Positions 1 through 9,585 of a stretch of DNA of 64,000 nucleotides are shown in pieces. A program made the translations under genes and the position numbers. Position 1 is the first letter of the stretch; the number at the start of each line of letters is the position of its first letter. The notes under the pieces were generated by a model. It did no database searches. It had not been told where the DNA came from and saw only the letters and a list, made by a program, of their open reading frames with translations. The DNA comes from an uncultured Bacillota bacterium (lineage in GTDB: Bacteria > Sysuimicrobiota > Sysuimicrobiia > Sysuimicrobiales > Segetimicrobiaceae): positions 64,001 to 128,000 of the forward strand of contig CAWDRG010000005.1 of NCBI GenBank assembly GCA_963804645.1, in the 5' to 3' direction.

Positions 1-414
1 CGGTACGTCGCGGGGAGCGAACGCGCCGCACTCCTCAGACGCCAGCACGCTGCCGTCGAACTCGACGGACCGCACCCCGTATTGCGCGAGCCCCGCCAGA
101 TACGTGCCGCCGATGACCGCCCGCACGAAGCCGTCGATCGCATCGTGCCCGAAGACCGCGGGATCCAGATGCGCGCTCCGCACGTCGTCGTCCCAATGCG
201 CGTCCCAGTAAACGTTGACGACATGCGCCGTCGGCACGGCCCCGCTCGGGATCCCGCTCGTGGTACTCGCAGGCGGTGGACCGACCCGACCGCCCGCGGC
301 GATCCCGGGCGCGAACGCCATCGCGACGGCGGCGGCGCACGCGACCCCGATGATCAGCCACTGCCGGATCGGCGCCCGCCTCTCCGGCCGGAAATTGTAC
401 GCCCTGCCCGGCAC
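1..414 (-). CDS. Hypothetical secreted or membrane-anchored protein, 3' end beyond the window
   Basis: Not in the ORF track. Manual translation from GTG at 414, preceded by CAGGAGG, is open to position 1: VPGRAYNFRPERRAPIRQWLIIGVACAAAVAMAFAPGIAA...HVVNVYWDAHWDDD...YLAGLAQYGV. Hydrophobic signal-like N-terminus. Confidence 0.7.
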   Translation of the reverse strand, partial: MPGRAYNFRPERRAPIRQWLIIGVACAAAVAMAFAPGIAAGGRVGPPPASTTSGIPSGAVPTAHVVNVYWDAHWDDDVRSAHLDPAVFGHDAIDGFVRAVIGGTYLAGLAQYGVRSVEFDGSVLASEECGAFAPRDVP

Positions 415-584
415 GGCGACCTCCTGCGTGACCCGAGATTCGCTTCTCCCATTCTATCGCCATCGAAGCGGCCGCGTCGATCCACGGTGCGCGATCCGGC
501 CAGCCACGAGGAGAGCACGGCCACCGTCGAGCTGGCGCCCACGCGCCCGTACACGTCGGACGCGGCGGTTCGACGTCCACGTCG

Positions 585-1208
585 CTACGTCTTGAGGCGT
601 GGGGCCGCGGTCCTCCGGTATTCGATGTAGTGGGCCGTCTCGTCCGCCACCGCGGCACCATGGAGACGCTCGACCACGTAAAATGCCATGTCGATGCCGG
701 AAGCGACGCCGGCTGACGTGATGATACCGTCATCGACCACGCGATGGTCCCGCTCGACCGTGCCCACATCGAGCGTCGCAAGAAGGTCGAGCGCGTTCCA
801 GTGCGTGGTCGCCCGCCGGCCCGTGAGCAGCCCGGCCTTGGCCAATAAGAGCGACCCGGTACACACCGACGCGACCTGACGCGCGTCGGACGCGGTGCGG
901 CGAATCCAGTCAAGGGTCTCGGGATCGTTGAGCAGCGGCCGGGTCCCCGCGCCGCCGGGCACCACGAGCAGATCGACGTGCGGAGCGTCCACAAACCCAT
1001 AGTGCGGGGTCACGGTCAGTCCGCCGGTCGTGGAAATCGGTGCAAGGGATTTGGCCACGGTGAAGACCCGGAAGGGCGCACACTCCTCGGAGCGGCGTGA
1101 CTCCGCACCTGGCTCAAGCCGCGCACGCGAGAACACTTCGAATGGCCCGGCGAAGTCGAGAATCTCAACGCCGTCGAAGATGAGGATGCCGACGTTCCAC
1201 TTGTCCAT
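585..1208 (-). CDS. DJ-1/PfpI family protein (isonitrile hydratase/ThiJ-like)
   Basis: ILIFDGVEILDFAGPFEVF, LVVPGG, SVCTGS (nucleophile Cys), ATTHW, TSAGVASGID. AGGAGG RBS. Confidence 0.93.
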   Translation of the reverse strand: MDKWNVGILIFDGVEILDFAGPFEVFSRARLEPGAESRRSEECAPFRVFTVAKSLAPISTTGGLTVTPHYGFVDAPHVDLLVVPGGAGTRPLLNDPETLDWIRRTASDARQVASVCTGSLLLAKAGLLTGRRATTHWNALDLLATLDVGTVERDHRVVDDGIITSAGVASGIDMAFYVVERLHGAAVADETAHYIEYRRTAAPRLKT

Positions 1209-1291
1209 TCCTGGCCTCCTTCCGTGACGAGGCGGAGCGGTTCACCTCAGACCCACACGTACCCGCGTCACCGCCCCCATCACTGCGGCGC

Positions 1292-2620
1292 TCACGGGTC
1301 CGAGATCCTTCGGACTGCCCCGAGCCCCACCGCGACGTAGGTGAATCCGGCGGCCTCGAGCGCCGCCCGGTCAAGCAGCCGGGGCATGTCGAGCACGAGC
1401 GGATGCCGCATCCCGGCCCTGAGGCGCGCGTAGTCGAGTGCCGCGAACTCCGGCCATGGCGTCGCGACCACGAGCGCATCCGCGTCCACGGCCGTGCGGT
1501 ACGGATCTCGCCCGAACTCAAAGGGGGGCAGATCGGCGATTTCATCGAGATCGGCCTCCGGATCCGCCGCGGAGACGACGGCGCCCGCCTGGACGAGGCG
1601 GCGGATCATCGCGACGGACGACGAACGCCGCAGCGTGCTCGTGCCGGGCTTGTATGTCAATCCGAGCACGCCGACGCGCCGGCCCGCGAGCGTCCCGTAC
1701 GCCTGCTCGAGCCACCGGATCGGAAGCCCCTGCTGCCCATCGTTCACCCGCAGCACCGCCTCGAGCAGCCGGGCGGCGTACCCGTGCCGCTCCCCCACAT
1801 CCTCGAGCGCCTTGACGTCGCGCGCGAGCGTCCCCCCGGCAAATCCCATCCCCGGCGCGAGCGGCACGCGCGGCCCGATGCGCCGCTCCAGACGCAGCAC
1901 CTGCAGGAGCGCGTCCGTGTCGGCGCCCTCGAGCTGGCTCAGATTCGCGAGTTCGTTGGCGAAGCTGATCGACGTCGCGAGAAACGTGTTGATCGCGTGC
2001 TTGGCCATCTCGGCCGTCGCGAGGTCGGTGCGCACGCGGGGCGCCTCGATCGCCGCGAACAGCCGGTCGACGCGCTCCCGGGCCTCGGGGTCATCGGTCC
2101 CGACCACCAGCATGTCGGGGTGCAGGTAGCGCTCGATCGCCTGGCCGAGCCGTAGATTTTCCGGCACGTACGCCACGCACACGTCCCCTCCCCGCCGCGC
2201 GCGCAGCGCAGAGCGCAGCCCGCGACACGTCCCCACCGGCACCTGACTCTGCACGAGCAGCAAGGCACCCGGCGGCAGCGATCGGCCGGCGGCCTCCGCC
2301 GCGTCGAGCACGACCGAGACGTCCGCACGGTCCCGCTCGTCGACCGGAGTATCATACGCCAGATACGCCACGTCGGCGTCCCGGAACGCCTCGTGGAAAT
2401 CACCGGTGAAGTGGAGTCGGCCCGCGGCGATCCCCTCGCCGAGCAGCGCGTCGAGTCCGGGTTCCCGAAGCGGCGCGCGCCCGGCCCGCAGGGACGCGAC
2501 GCGGTCGGCGTCGGCATCCACCCCGACGACGCGGTGTCCGACCTTCGCGAGACACGCCGCGGCCACACAACCGAGGTGCCAGAGGCCGGCGACCACGACC
2601 CGGAGCGGCCTATCGGTCAC
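1292..2620 (-). CDS. UDP-glucose/GDP-mannose dehydrogenase family protein, divergent active site
   Basis: Three-domain Ugd layout (GLWHLG, EPGL, PENLRLG, KHAINTFLA, GLTYKPGT), but GGTLARD replaces GGSCxxKD. Confidence 0.85.
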   Translation of the reverse strand: MTDRPLRVVVAGLWHLGCVAAACLAKVGHRVVGVDADADRVASLRAGRAPLREPGLDALLGEGIAAGRLHFTGDFHEAFRDADVAYLAYDTPVDERDRADVSVVLDAAEAAGRSLPPGALLLVQSQVPVGTCRGLRSALRARRGGDVCVAYVPENLRLGQAIERYLHPDMLVVGTDDPEARERVDRLFAAIEAPRVRTDLATAEMAKHAINTFLATSISFANELANLSQLEGADTDALLQVLRLERRIGPRVPLAPGMGFAGGTLARDVKALEDVGERHGYAARLLEAVLRVNDGQQGLPIRWLEQAYGTLAGRRVGVLGLTYKPGTSTLRRSSSVAMIRRLVQAGAVVSAADPEADLDEIADLPPFEFGRDPYRTAVDADALVVATPWPEFAALDYARLRAGMRHPLVLDMPRLLDRAALEAAGFTYVAVGLGAVRRISDP

Positions 2621-2653
2621 GGCTCATGCGCTCCCCCTGGCGAGGTCCCGGGA

Positions 2654-3775
2654 TCACGCGCCCCGCCCCGCCGCCAGCACTGCGAGCGCCTCTTTCTCGA
2701 AGAGCTCGAACGTAAAGTGCTCGAGGACCCACGCGCGGCCCGCGGCCCCCATCCGCGCCCTGAGGGGCGCATCGCCTCCCAGCTGGATCAGCGTCGTCGT
2801 CACCGCGCGGAGATCGCTCCCGTCGACAACGATGCCGGTAATGCCGTCCCGAATCGCTTCCGGCGCCCCGCCGCCGGCGCCGGCGATCACCGGACGCCGG
2901 AACGCCGCCGCCTCGAGATAGACGATCCCGAATCCCTCCCCCGTCCACCCGTCCGGCCGCAGGGTCGCGGTCGACGGCATCACAAACACATCGCAGCCCA
3001 AGTACTGCGCGGCGAGGCCGTCCTGGGTCACGCGGCCCGCGAACTCGACAAGATCAGAGACACCGCGCTCGCGCGCGAGCGCCTCCAGGCGCGGACGGTC
3101 ATCCCCGTCCCCGACGATCACATAGCGGACCGGTCCAAGCGCGGCCACGACGTCCGGCAGCGCCGAGATCACGGCATCGCATCCCTTGTATCGCTCCTGC
3201 GCGGACAGGCGGGCCACGGTCAAGAACGTCAACAGAGACTCCGATACCGGCCGGACGTCGTCCGCGGGCACCAGACGCAGGAGCGCCGGGTCCACCGCCG
3301 GATAAATCACCATCACCCGGGCCTCCGGCACGCCGTGCTTGGCCGTAATCCAACGCGCCGTGAAGTGACTGACGGCTACCACGAGGGCGGCCTCCCGGAG
3401 CGCCGCCAATTGGCGCGCGCCGAGTTGGCCCCAGATCTCGATCCCGTGGGTGATCACCACGTACGGGGTGTGGAGCAGGCGGTGCAGGATGTGGGCCACC
3501 GGGGCGACCGACACGTGGCTGCACACGACCAAATCGTAGGCCTGACCTCGGCGCAGCGCGTCGATCACAAACCACAACTTCGTCGGTGCGGAGGACCGGA
3601 CGCCCGCGTGTCCCAGATAGGTGGCCGCGGACGTCCGGTCCGCCAACTCGCCGTCGAGAAACGACAGGACCTCGACCTCGGCGCCATTGGCGGCGAAGGC
3701 ATCAGCGTACGCGCGCGTGTACGCCTCCGCGCCGCCGACGCCGAAATACTTGGTGGCGAGCAGCAGGACCCTCAT
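2654..3775 (-). CDS. Glycosyltransferase family 4
   Basis: GGAE N-terminal motif, TVARL...YKG, EGFGIVYLEAAA (E-x7-E). Confidence 0.93.
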   Translation of the reverse strand: MRVLLLATKYFGVGGAEAYTRAYADAFAANGAEVEVLSFLDGELADRTSAATYLGHAGVRSSAPTKLWFVIDALRRGQAYDLVVCSHVSVAPVAHILHRLLHTPYVVITHGIEIWGQLGARQLAALREAALVVAVSHFTARWITAKHGVPEARVMVIYPAVDPALLRLVPADDVRPVSESLLTFLTVARLSAQERYKGCDAVISALPDVVAALGPVRYVIVGDGDDRPRLEALARERGVSDLVEFAGRVTQDGLAAQYLGCDVFVMPSTATLRPDGWTGEGFGIVYLEAAAFRRPVIAGAGGGAPEAIRDGITGIVVDGSDLRAVTTTLIQLGGDAPLRARMGAAGRAWVLEHFTFELFEKEALAVLAAGRGA

Positions 3776-3848
3776 GTGCGCGGCCGCGCCGTCACGCGAT
3801 CGAGGCGGTCGCCGACCGAATCCCGTACGTCATCGAGGGCCGCCGCCG

Positions 3849-5735
3849 TCAGACCGCGACCGCAGGCCGGTCGGCCGAGGTCAGCCACCGGGCAAGCACG
3901 ACGAGCGCCCACAGGCGCGACCAGTGGCTGTGCCCGGCGTCGACGCGCGCCCGAAGCCGGGCGACCGCCCCTGGCTGAAACAGGCCCGCGCCGTCGCCGA
4001 GCGTCTGGTCGATCTGCCGGCGAAGCGGTCCCGCCATCCACTCGCCGATCGGAAACGTGAAGCCCCGCTTGACCCGGCCCACGCCCGGCGGCAGGCGGTC
4101 GCCGAGGGCGCGCGTCAGCAGCCACTTCGGCGGGTGGCCGTCGACTCGGACGCGGCCCGGCAGCCGGGCCGCGAACTCGACGAGCGGGTGGTCGAGAAAC
4201 GGCACGCGCACCTCGAGGCTGTGGGCCATGCTCATGACGTCCGTGTCCCGCAGGAGCTGGTTGTGCATGTACCCGCGCAGCTCCAGCACGCTCGTCGCAG
4301 CCGCCGGCTCGTCTGGGAGCTCTGTGGCCAGCGCGCCCAACGCGGCCGCCGCGTCGAACGCCGCCGACGCCTCGCGGACCGGCCCGGGACGGAGGAGGTC
4401 GTGGACCTCGCCGGCGCCGAGCAGCCCGCGCATCACAAGATACGTCGACTGGATCGTGGCCGGGGCGGCGAGCCCCTCGCGCAGCTTCGCGGACCGGGGC
4501 GACGGCACGACGGCCAGCGCCGACGCGACCGCCGGGCGGGCGAACGGCACGCGCTCGGCCGCGCGCTGCCACGCGAGCAGGCGCGGGACGCGCCGAAACG
4601 ACGGATACCCGCCGAACAGCTCGTCCCCGCCGAGCCCGGAGAGCGCCACGATCGTACCCGAATCGCGGGTCACCTGGGACACGTAGTAGGTGTTGACGCC
4701 GTCCACCGTCGGCTGGTCCATGGCGGCGATGATCCGGTCCAGGTCGCCGGCGAGATCCTGGCCGGTCACCGGGCGGGCGGTGTGCTCCGTCTCGTACCGG
4801 GCCGCCAGCCGCCCCGCCTCCGCGCCCTCGTCGTACCCGGCCTCGGGAAACGTGATCGAGAACGTCCGGATGTGCGCGTGCCCGGCGTCGCGCATCATCG
4901 CGACGATCGCGTTGGAGTCGAGGCCGCCGCTCAGAAACACCCCAAGCGGCACGTCGCTGATGAGATGGCGGACCACCGCGTCCGAGAGACGCGCGCGCAG
5001 CTCCTCGACGGCCGCGTCGACGTCCACCGGCCCCGGCTCCGGGTGCGGGATCTCCCAGTAGCGACGCAGCACGCCGTCGGGATGATTTGGCCCGACGACC
5101 AGCGTAGTCGCGGGCGGCAGCTCGCGCACCCCCTCGTACACTGTGAGCGGACCCGGCACGGAACCGAGGCGCAGGAACGCCGCGACGGCGACCGGATCGA
5201 CCGTGAGCGGCGCCGTCCCGGCCGCGCGAAACGCGCGGAGCTCGGAGGCGAACATCCACTGCCCGTCGCGGTGCGCGTAGTAGAGCGGCTTGATCCCGAG
5301 GCGGTCCCGGGCCAGCAGCAGCTCGCCGGTCCGGCCGTCCCACAGCGCGAACGCGAACATGCCGCGGAGCCGCTCGATCATCTTGGCCCCGTCCCGAAGG
5401 TAGAGGGCGAGGACGACCTCCGTGTCGGAGTGCCCCCGGAACCGGTGCCCCTCGGCTTCAAGCTCCGCGCGGAGCTCAGGGAAGTTGTAGGTCTCCCCGT
5501 TGTACGTCGCCACCACGTCGCCGTGCGACGCCGTCATCGGCTGGTGTCCGGCCGGCGAGAGATCAATGATCGCGAGGCGCCGGTTCCCGAGCGCGCCCCG
5601 CCCGCCGGCGTCCGCCCACACGCCCTCATCGTCCGGTCCGCGGTGCGCCATCGACCTCGCCATCCGGGCGGTCGCGGCCCGCAGCGCCTCCGGGTCGCCC
5701 GGGTGCGCGCGGTAGATCCCGCAGATCCCGCACAT
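3849..5735 (-). CDS. asnB: Asparagine synthase (glutamine-hydrolysing) family amidotransferase
   Basis: True start MCGICG (ATG at 5735, Ntn Cys2). HRGPD, RRLAIIDLS, YNGE, RDRLGIKPLYY, LSGGLDS, SGLGGDELFGGY, EVRVPFLD. Confidence 0.93.
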   Translation of the reverse strand: MCGICGIYRAHPGDPEALRAATARMARSMAHRGPDDEGVWADAGGRGALGNRRLAIIDLSPAGHQPMTASHGDVVATYNGETYNFPELRAELEAEGHRFRGHSDTEVVLALYLRDGAKMIERLRGMFAFALWDGRTGELLLARDRLGIKPLYYAHRDGQWMFASELRAFRAAGTAPLTVDPVAVAAFLRLGSVPGPLTVYEGVRELPPATTLVVGPNHPDGVLRRYWEIPHPEPGPVDVDAAVEELRARLSDAVVRHLISDVPLGVFLSGGLDSNAIVAMMRDAGHAHIRTFSITFPEAGYDEGAEAGRLAARYETEHTARPVTGQDLAGDLDRIIAAMDQPTVDGVNTYYVSQVTRDSGTIVALSGLGGDELFGGYPSFRRVPRLLAWQRAAERVPFARPAVASALAVVPSPRSAKLREGLAAPATIQSTYLVMRGLLGAGEVHDLLRPGPVREASAAFDAAAALGALATELPDEPAAATSVLELRGYMHNQLLRDTDVMSMAHSLEVRVPFLDHPLVEFAARLPGRVRVDGHPPKWLLTRALGDRLPPGVGRVKRGFTFPIGEWMAGPLRRQIDQTLGDGAGLFQPGAVARLRARVDAGHSHWSRLWALVVLARWLTSADRPAVAV

Positions 5736-5736
5736 G

Positions 5737-6675
5737 CTAGCCCCGCACCTCGGCTCGGGCCGCAAACCACTCGAGCGTCCGGGCGAGACCGTCCTCGAGA
5801 GGCACCTCGGGCTCCCACCCGAGGAGCGCCCGCGCCCGCGCGATGTCGGGGCACCGCTGCATGGGGTCGTCCTCCGGGAGCGGCCGGAAGACGATGGGGC
5901 TCCGGCTCCTCGCCAGGCGCAGAATGCGCTCGGCGCACTCGAGCACGGTGATCTCATGCGGATTGCCCAGATTCACCGGGTCGTGCACGTCGGTGCGCAT
6001 CAGCCGCACGATCCCATCGACAAGGTCGGTGACGTAGCAGAAGCTGCGGGTCTGCGTGCCGTCGCCGAACACTGTGATCGGCTCGCCCCGGAGCGCCTGC
6101 GTGATGAACGCGGGGATCACGCGACCGTCGTCGGCGCGCATGAATGGCCCGAACGTGTTGAAAATCCTAACGATGCCGGTGTTCAGGCCGTGCTGCCGAT
6201 GGTACGCCATCGTCATCGCTTCCGCGAACCGCTTCGCCTCGTCGTAGCAGCCCCGCGGCCCGACTGGGTTCACGTGGCCCCAATAGGTCTCCGGCTGCGG
6301 CGAGACGTGCGGGTCGCCGTAGACTTCCGACGTCGACGCGAGCAGAAACCGGGCTCCCTTCGCCCGGGCCAGCCCGAGCGTCACCCAGCTGCCGAGGGCC
6401 CCGGCCTTGAGCGTCTTGATCGGGTGCGCGAGATAGTCGACCGGGCTCGCCGCGCTCGCAAAGTGGAGCACGTAGTCCACCGGTCCGTCGACCTCGATTG
6501 GGGTGGTCACGTCGTGCTGGCGAAACTCAAAGTGCGGGTCGTCGAGGTGGCGCAGATTTTCGCGGCGGCCGGTCAGGAGCGTGTCGAGGCACAGAACGTG
6601 CGCGCCGTCCGCCAGCAGCCGATCGACAAGGTGTGAGCCGACAAAACCGGCGCCGCCCGTGAGGACGACCCTCAC
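5737..6675 (-). CDS. UDP-glucuronate decarboxylase (UDP-xylose synthase)-like SDR
   Basis: [58 protein letters not shown] start overlaps the ugd stop (GTGA). Confidence 0.88.
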   Translation of the reverse strand: MRVVLTGGAGFVGSHLVDRLLADGAHVLCLDTLLTGRRENLRHLDDPHFEFRQHDVTTPIEVDGPVDYVLHFASAASPVDYLAHPIKTLKAGALGSWVTLGLARAKGARFLLASTSEVYGDPHVSPQPETYWGHVNPVGPRGCYDEAKRFAEAMTMAYHRQHGLNTGIVRIFNTFGPFMRADDGRVIPAFITQALRGEPITVFGDGTQTRSFCYVTDLVDGIVRLMRTDVHDPVNLGNPHEITVLECAERILRLARSRSPIVFRPLPEDDPMQRCPDIARARALLGWEPEVPLEDGLARTLEWFAARAEVRG

Positions 6676-7961
6676 CGTCCCATCCCCGCGTAGTGGAAGC
6701 CGGCCGCCCTGGCCGCCTCGGGGTCCCACACGTTGCGCCCGTCAATCAGGACCGGGCGCCGCATCACGTCCCTGAGGCGCGGAAGATCGAGCCGGCCAAA
6801 CTCCGGCCATTCGGTGAGCAGCACGACCGCGTCGGCGCCGCGGGCGGCGTCGTACGGATCCGCGCAGTACGTCACCTCGGGCAGCACGCGCCGCGCGTTC
6901 CGTTCGGCGACAGGGTCGTACACGCGGACGGCCGCGCCGTCCCGGCACAGCCGCTCGATGATCGGCACCGACGGCGCGTCGCGCATGTCGTCCGTGTCGG
7001 GCTTGTAGGCCAGCCCGAGCACCGCGATGGTGCGGTTCGCGAGCACCCACAGGGCCTCGGTCAGATGCCGCAGCAGCACGTCGCGCTGCCCTTCGTTGAT
7101 GCGGGCGACTTCCTTGAGCAGCCCGAACTCGTACCCCGCGGCGCTGGCGATCTGAACGAACGCGGCGACGTCCTTGGGAAAGCACGAACCGCCGTACCCC
7201 ACCCCGGCGTTGAGGAACGCCCGCCCGATGCGGGCGTCTTGCCCCATGCCCTGCGCCACCAGCCCCACATCGGCCCCGACGCGCTCGCACACGTTCGCCA
7301 CCGCGTTAATATAGGAGATCTTCATCGCCAGAAACGCGTTGCTCGCGTGCTTGATCAGCTCCGCGGTCGCCAGGTTCGTGACCAGAATCGGACAGTCGAA
7401 CGGCCGGTACACGTCGCGCATCAGCCGCTCGGCCCGCTCGCTCTCGACGCCGATCACGATCCGGTCCGGATGCATGAAGTCCTGGACCGCGGCGCCTTCC
7501 CGGGTGAACTCGGGGTTGCACGCCACGTCGAACGGCACGGCGCCGCGCGTCAGCAGATGAATCTGGTCCCGGATGCGCTCGCCGGTACGGACGGGGACGG
7601 TGCTCTTCTCCACGATCAGGCGGTAGTCCGTGAGCGACGACGCGATCGTCTCGGCGACGGCGGCGACCGCGGTCACGTCGGCGTTGCCGCTCTCGAGCGA
7701 CGGGGTGCCGACCGTGATGAAGATCACCTCGGATTCGCGCACGGCCTCGATGGTGTCGGTCGTGAACCGGAGGCGCTTCGACGCCGCGCCGCGGGCGAGC
7801 ACCTCCTCCAGGCCCGGCTCGAAAATCGGCGAGCGGCCCTGGCGGAGCCTCTCAATGCGATCCGCGTCCCGGTCGGCGCCGATGACATCGTGGCCGACGT
7901 CGGCCAGACACGCCGACGTTACCAGCCCCACGTATCCGGTGCCGATCACACTCAGCTTCAT
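6672..7961 (-). CDS. ugd: UDP-glucose 6-dehydrogenase
   Basis: [38 protein letters not shown] (catalytic Cys and Lys), [10 protein letters not shown]. Confidence 0.95.
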   Translation of the reverse strand: MKLSVIGTGYVGLVTSACLADVGHDVIGADRDADRIERLRQGRSPIFEPGLEEVLARGAASKRLRFTTDTIEAVRESEVIFITVGTPSLESGNADVTAVAAVAETIASSLTDYRLIVEKSTVPVRTGERIRDQIHLLTRGAVPFDVACNPEFTREGAAVQDFMHPDRIVIGVESERAERLMRDVYRPFDCPILVTNLATAELIKHASNAFLAMKISYINAVANVCERVGADVGLVAQGMGQDARIGRAFLNAGVGYGGSCFPKDVAAFVQIASAAGYEFGLLKEVARINEGQRDVLLRHLTEALWVLANRTIAVLGLAYKPDTDDMRDAPSVPIIERLCRDGAAVRVYDPVAERNARRVLPEVTYCADPYDAARGADAVVLLTEWPEFGRLDLPRLRDVMRRPVLIDGRNVWDPEAARAAGFHYAGMGR

Positions 7962-8009
7962 GACGTGGTCGCGTCCTCCGCCGGCGCCGCCCCGCGGCCC
8001 GGCGGCCTC

Positions 8010-8038
8010 ATGGTATCATTCGCATCCCGACGACGCAA
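8010..8038 (-). promoter_or_regulatory. Sigma70-type promoter of the ugd operon
   Basis: Minus strand TTGCGT-N17-TACCAT with an extended -10 TG, about 50 nt upstream of the ugd ATG. Confidence 0.55.
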
Positions 8039-8175
8039 TTTCACGGCCGTGCGCGTGATCGGTCGGCGTGCACCGGCGCAGGCGCGCCCGAGCGCACCCG
8101 TTCGTTTCGACGTACGGGGGTGGTCATCAGCGCGGCACCGGACCATCACACCACGCGCGCCGGGCCGTCGAGCAC

Positions 8176-9582
8176 TCACGCGGACCCATTCCCTCCGTTC
8201 GCCGGGCCGTCGTCGAGCGCGGCTGCCGCGCCCGGGTTAACCACGACGCCGCCGAGGCGCCGCGCGACGAGGTTGGCGAGCGAGGACGCGGTGGCGCTGG
8301 CCTCGGCCCCGTCGTCGCACTCGGTCATCACCCGGACGAGCGGCTCCGTCCCGGACGCCCGCACGAGCACCCGCCCGCGGCCGGCGAGCCGCCGTTCGAC
8401 GTGCGCGAGCGCGGCGAGAATCTCCGCGTCGTCCTGCCACCGCTCGGGCGTCTGCACGCGGACGTTGAGCAGGACCTGCGGGTAGCGGTGAAACGGCGAC
8501 GCGAGCTCTTCGAGCGACCGCCCGGACTCGAGGACGACGTTCACGAGCTGCAGGGCGGTGACGAGGCCGTCGCCGGTCGTCGCGTGGTCGAGGAAGATCA
8601 CGTGGCCGCTCTGCTCGCCGCCGACGCGCGCGCCGGTCTCCAGCATCCGCTCGAGCACATACCGGTCGCCGACCCGCGCCCGGTCGAGGCGCACGCCCCG
8701 GTCGCGCAGCGCGACCTCGAGGCCCATGTTCGTCATGACCGTGGCCACCAGCAGCCCGCCCGGCAGCTCACCGCGCGCGTGCCGGTGCAGCGCCACGATG
8801 CCCATGATCGTGTCGCCGTCGAGGACCCGCCCCCGGTGGTCGGCCCCGATGACGCGGTCCCCGTCCCCGTCGTGGGCGAAGCCCACGTCGGCGCGGTGCC
8901 TCGGCGTCGCCTCGGAGATCACCTCGGGGTGCGTCGAGCCGCAGCCGGCGTTGATGTTCGTCCCGTCCGGCGACGCGCAGAGGGGAATCACATCGGCCCC
9001 GAGGCGCTCCCACAACTCCTGGGCGATCCCGCTCGTGGCCCCGTTCGCGCAGTCCACGGCGATCCGCCAGCCGTTGAGCGGCGCCCGCGCGAGCCCCACC
9101 AAGTAGTCCAGGTAACGGGCGGCGGCGTCCGTGACGTCGGTGATCCGTCCGACCGCGCTCCCCGTCGGCCGGGGCAGCCCCCCGGTCTCGCCCATCGCCG
9201 CCTCGATCTCCGCCTCCATCGCGTCCGGAAACTTGAAGCCGGTCGGCGCAAACAGCTTGACGCCGTTGTCCTCCATCGGGTTGTGCGAGGCCGAGATCAC
9301 GGCCCCCGCGTCGACGTCCAGCCGCCGCGTCAGCAGCGCGATCCCCGGGGTCGGCAGAATCCCGAGCCGGAGCACGTCGGCGCCGGCCGAGCAGAGTGCG
9401 GCGGCGAGCGCGGCCTCCAGCAGGCCGCCGGAGATCCGAGGGTCGCGGCCGAGCGCGAACCGCCCGCGGCCGTGCCCGACCAGCACGTGGACCGCGGCGC
9501 GGCCGAGCCGGTCCATCAGCTCGGTGGACAGATCGGCGTTGGCGACGCCGCGGATCCCGTCCGTGCCGAAGAAGCGTCCCAT
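8176..9582 (-). CDS. glmM: Phosphoglucosamine mutase
   Basis: FGTDGIRG, ISASHNP (phospho-Ser), DGDGDR, GGEQSGH, RASGTEP. Follows cdaA-cdaR. Confidence 0.97.
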   Translation of the reverse strand: MGRFFGTDGIRGVANADLSTELMDRLGRAAVHVLVGHGRGRFALGRDPRISGGLLEAALAAALCSAGADVLRLGILPTPGIALLTRRLDVDAGAVISASHNPMEDNGVKLFAPTGFKFPDAMEAEIEAAMGETGGLPRPTGSAVGRITDVTDAAARYLDYLVGLARAPLNGWRIAVDCANGATSGIAQELWERLGADVIPLCASPDGTNINAGCGSTHPEVISEATPRHRADVGFAHDGDGDRVIGADHRGRVLDGDTIMGIVALHRHARGELPGGLLVATVMTNMGLEVALRDRGVRLDRARVGDRYVLERMLETGARVGGEQSGHVIFLDHATTGDGLVTALQLVNVVLESGRSLEELASPFHRYPQVLLNVRVQTPERWQDDAEILAALAHVERRLAGRGRVLVRASGTEPLVRVMTECDDGAEASATASSLANLVARRLGGVVVNPGAAAALDDGPANGGNGSA

Positions 9583-9585
9583 CGC

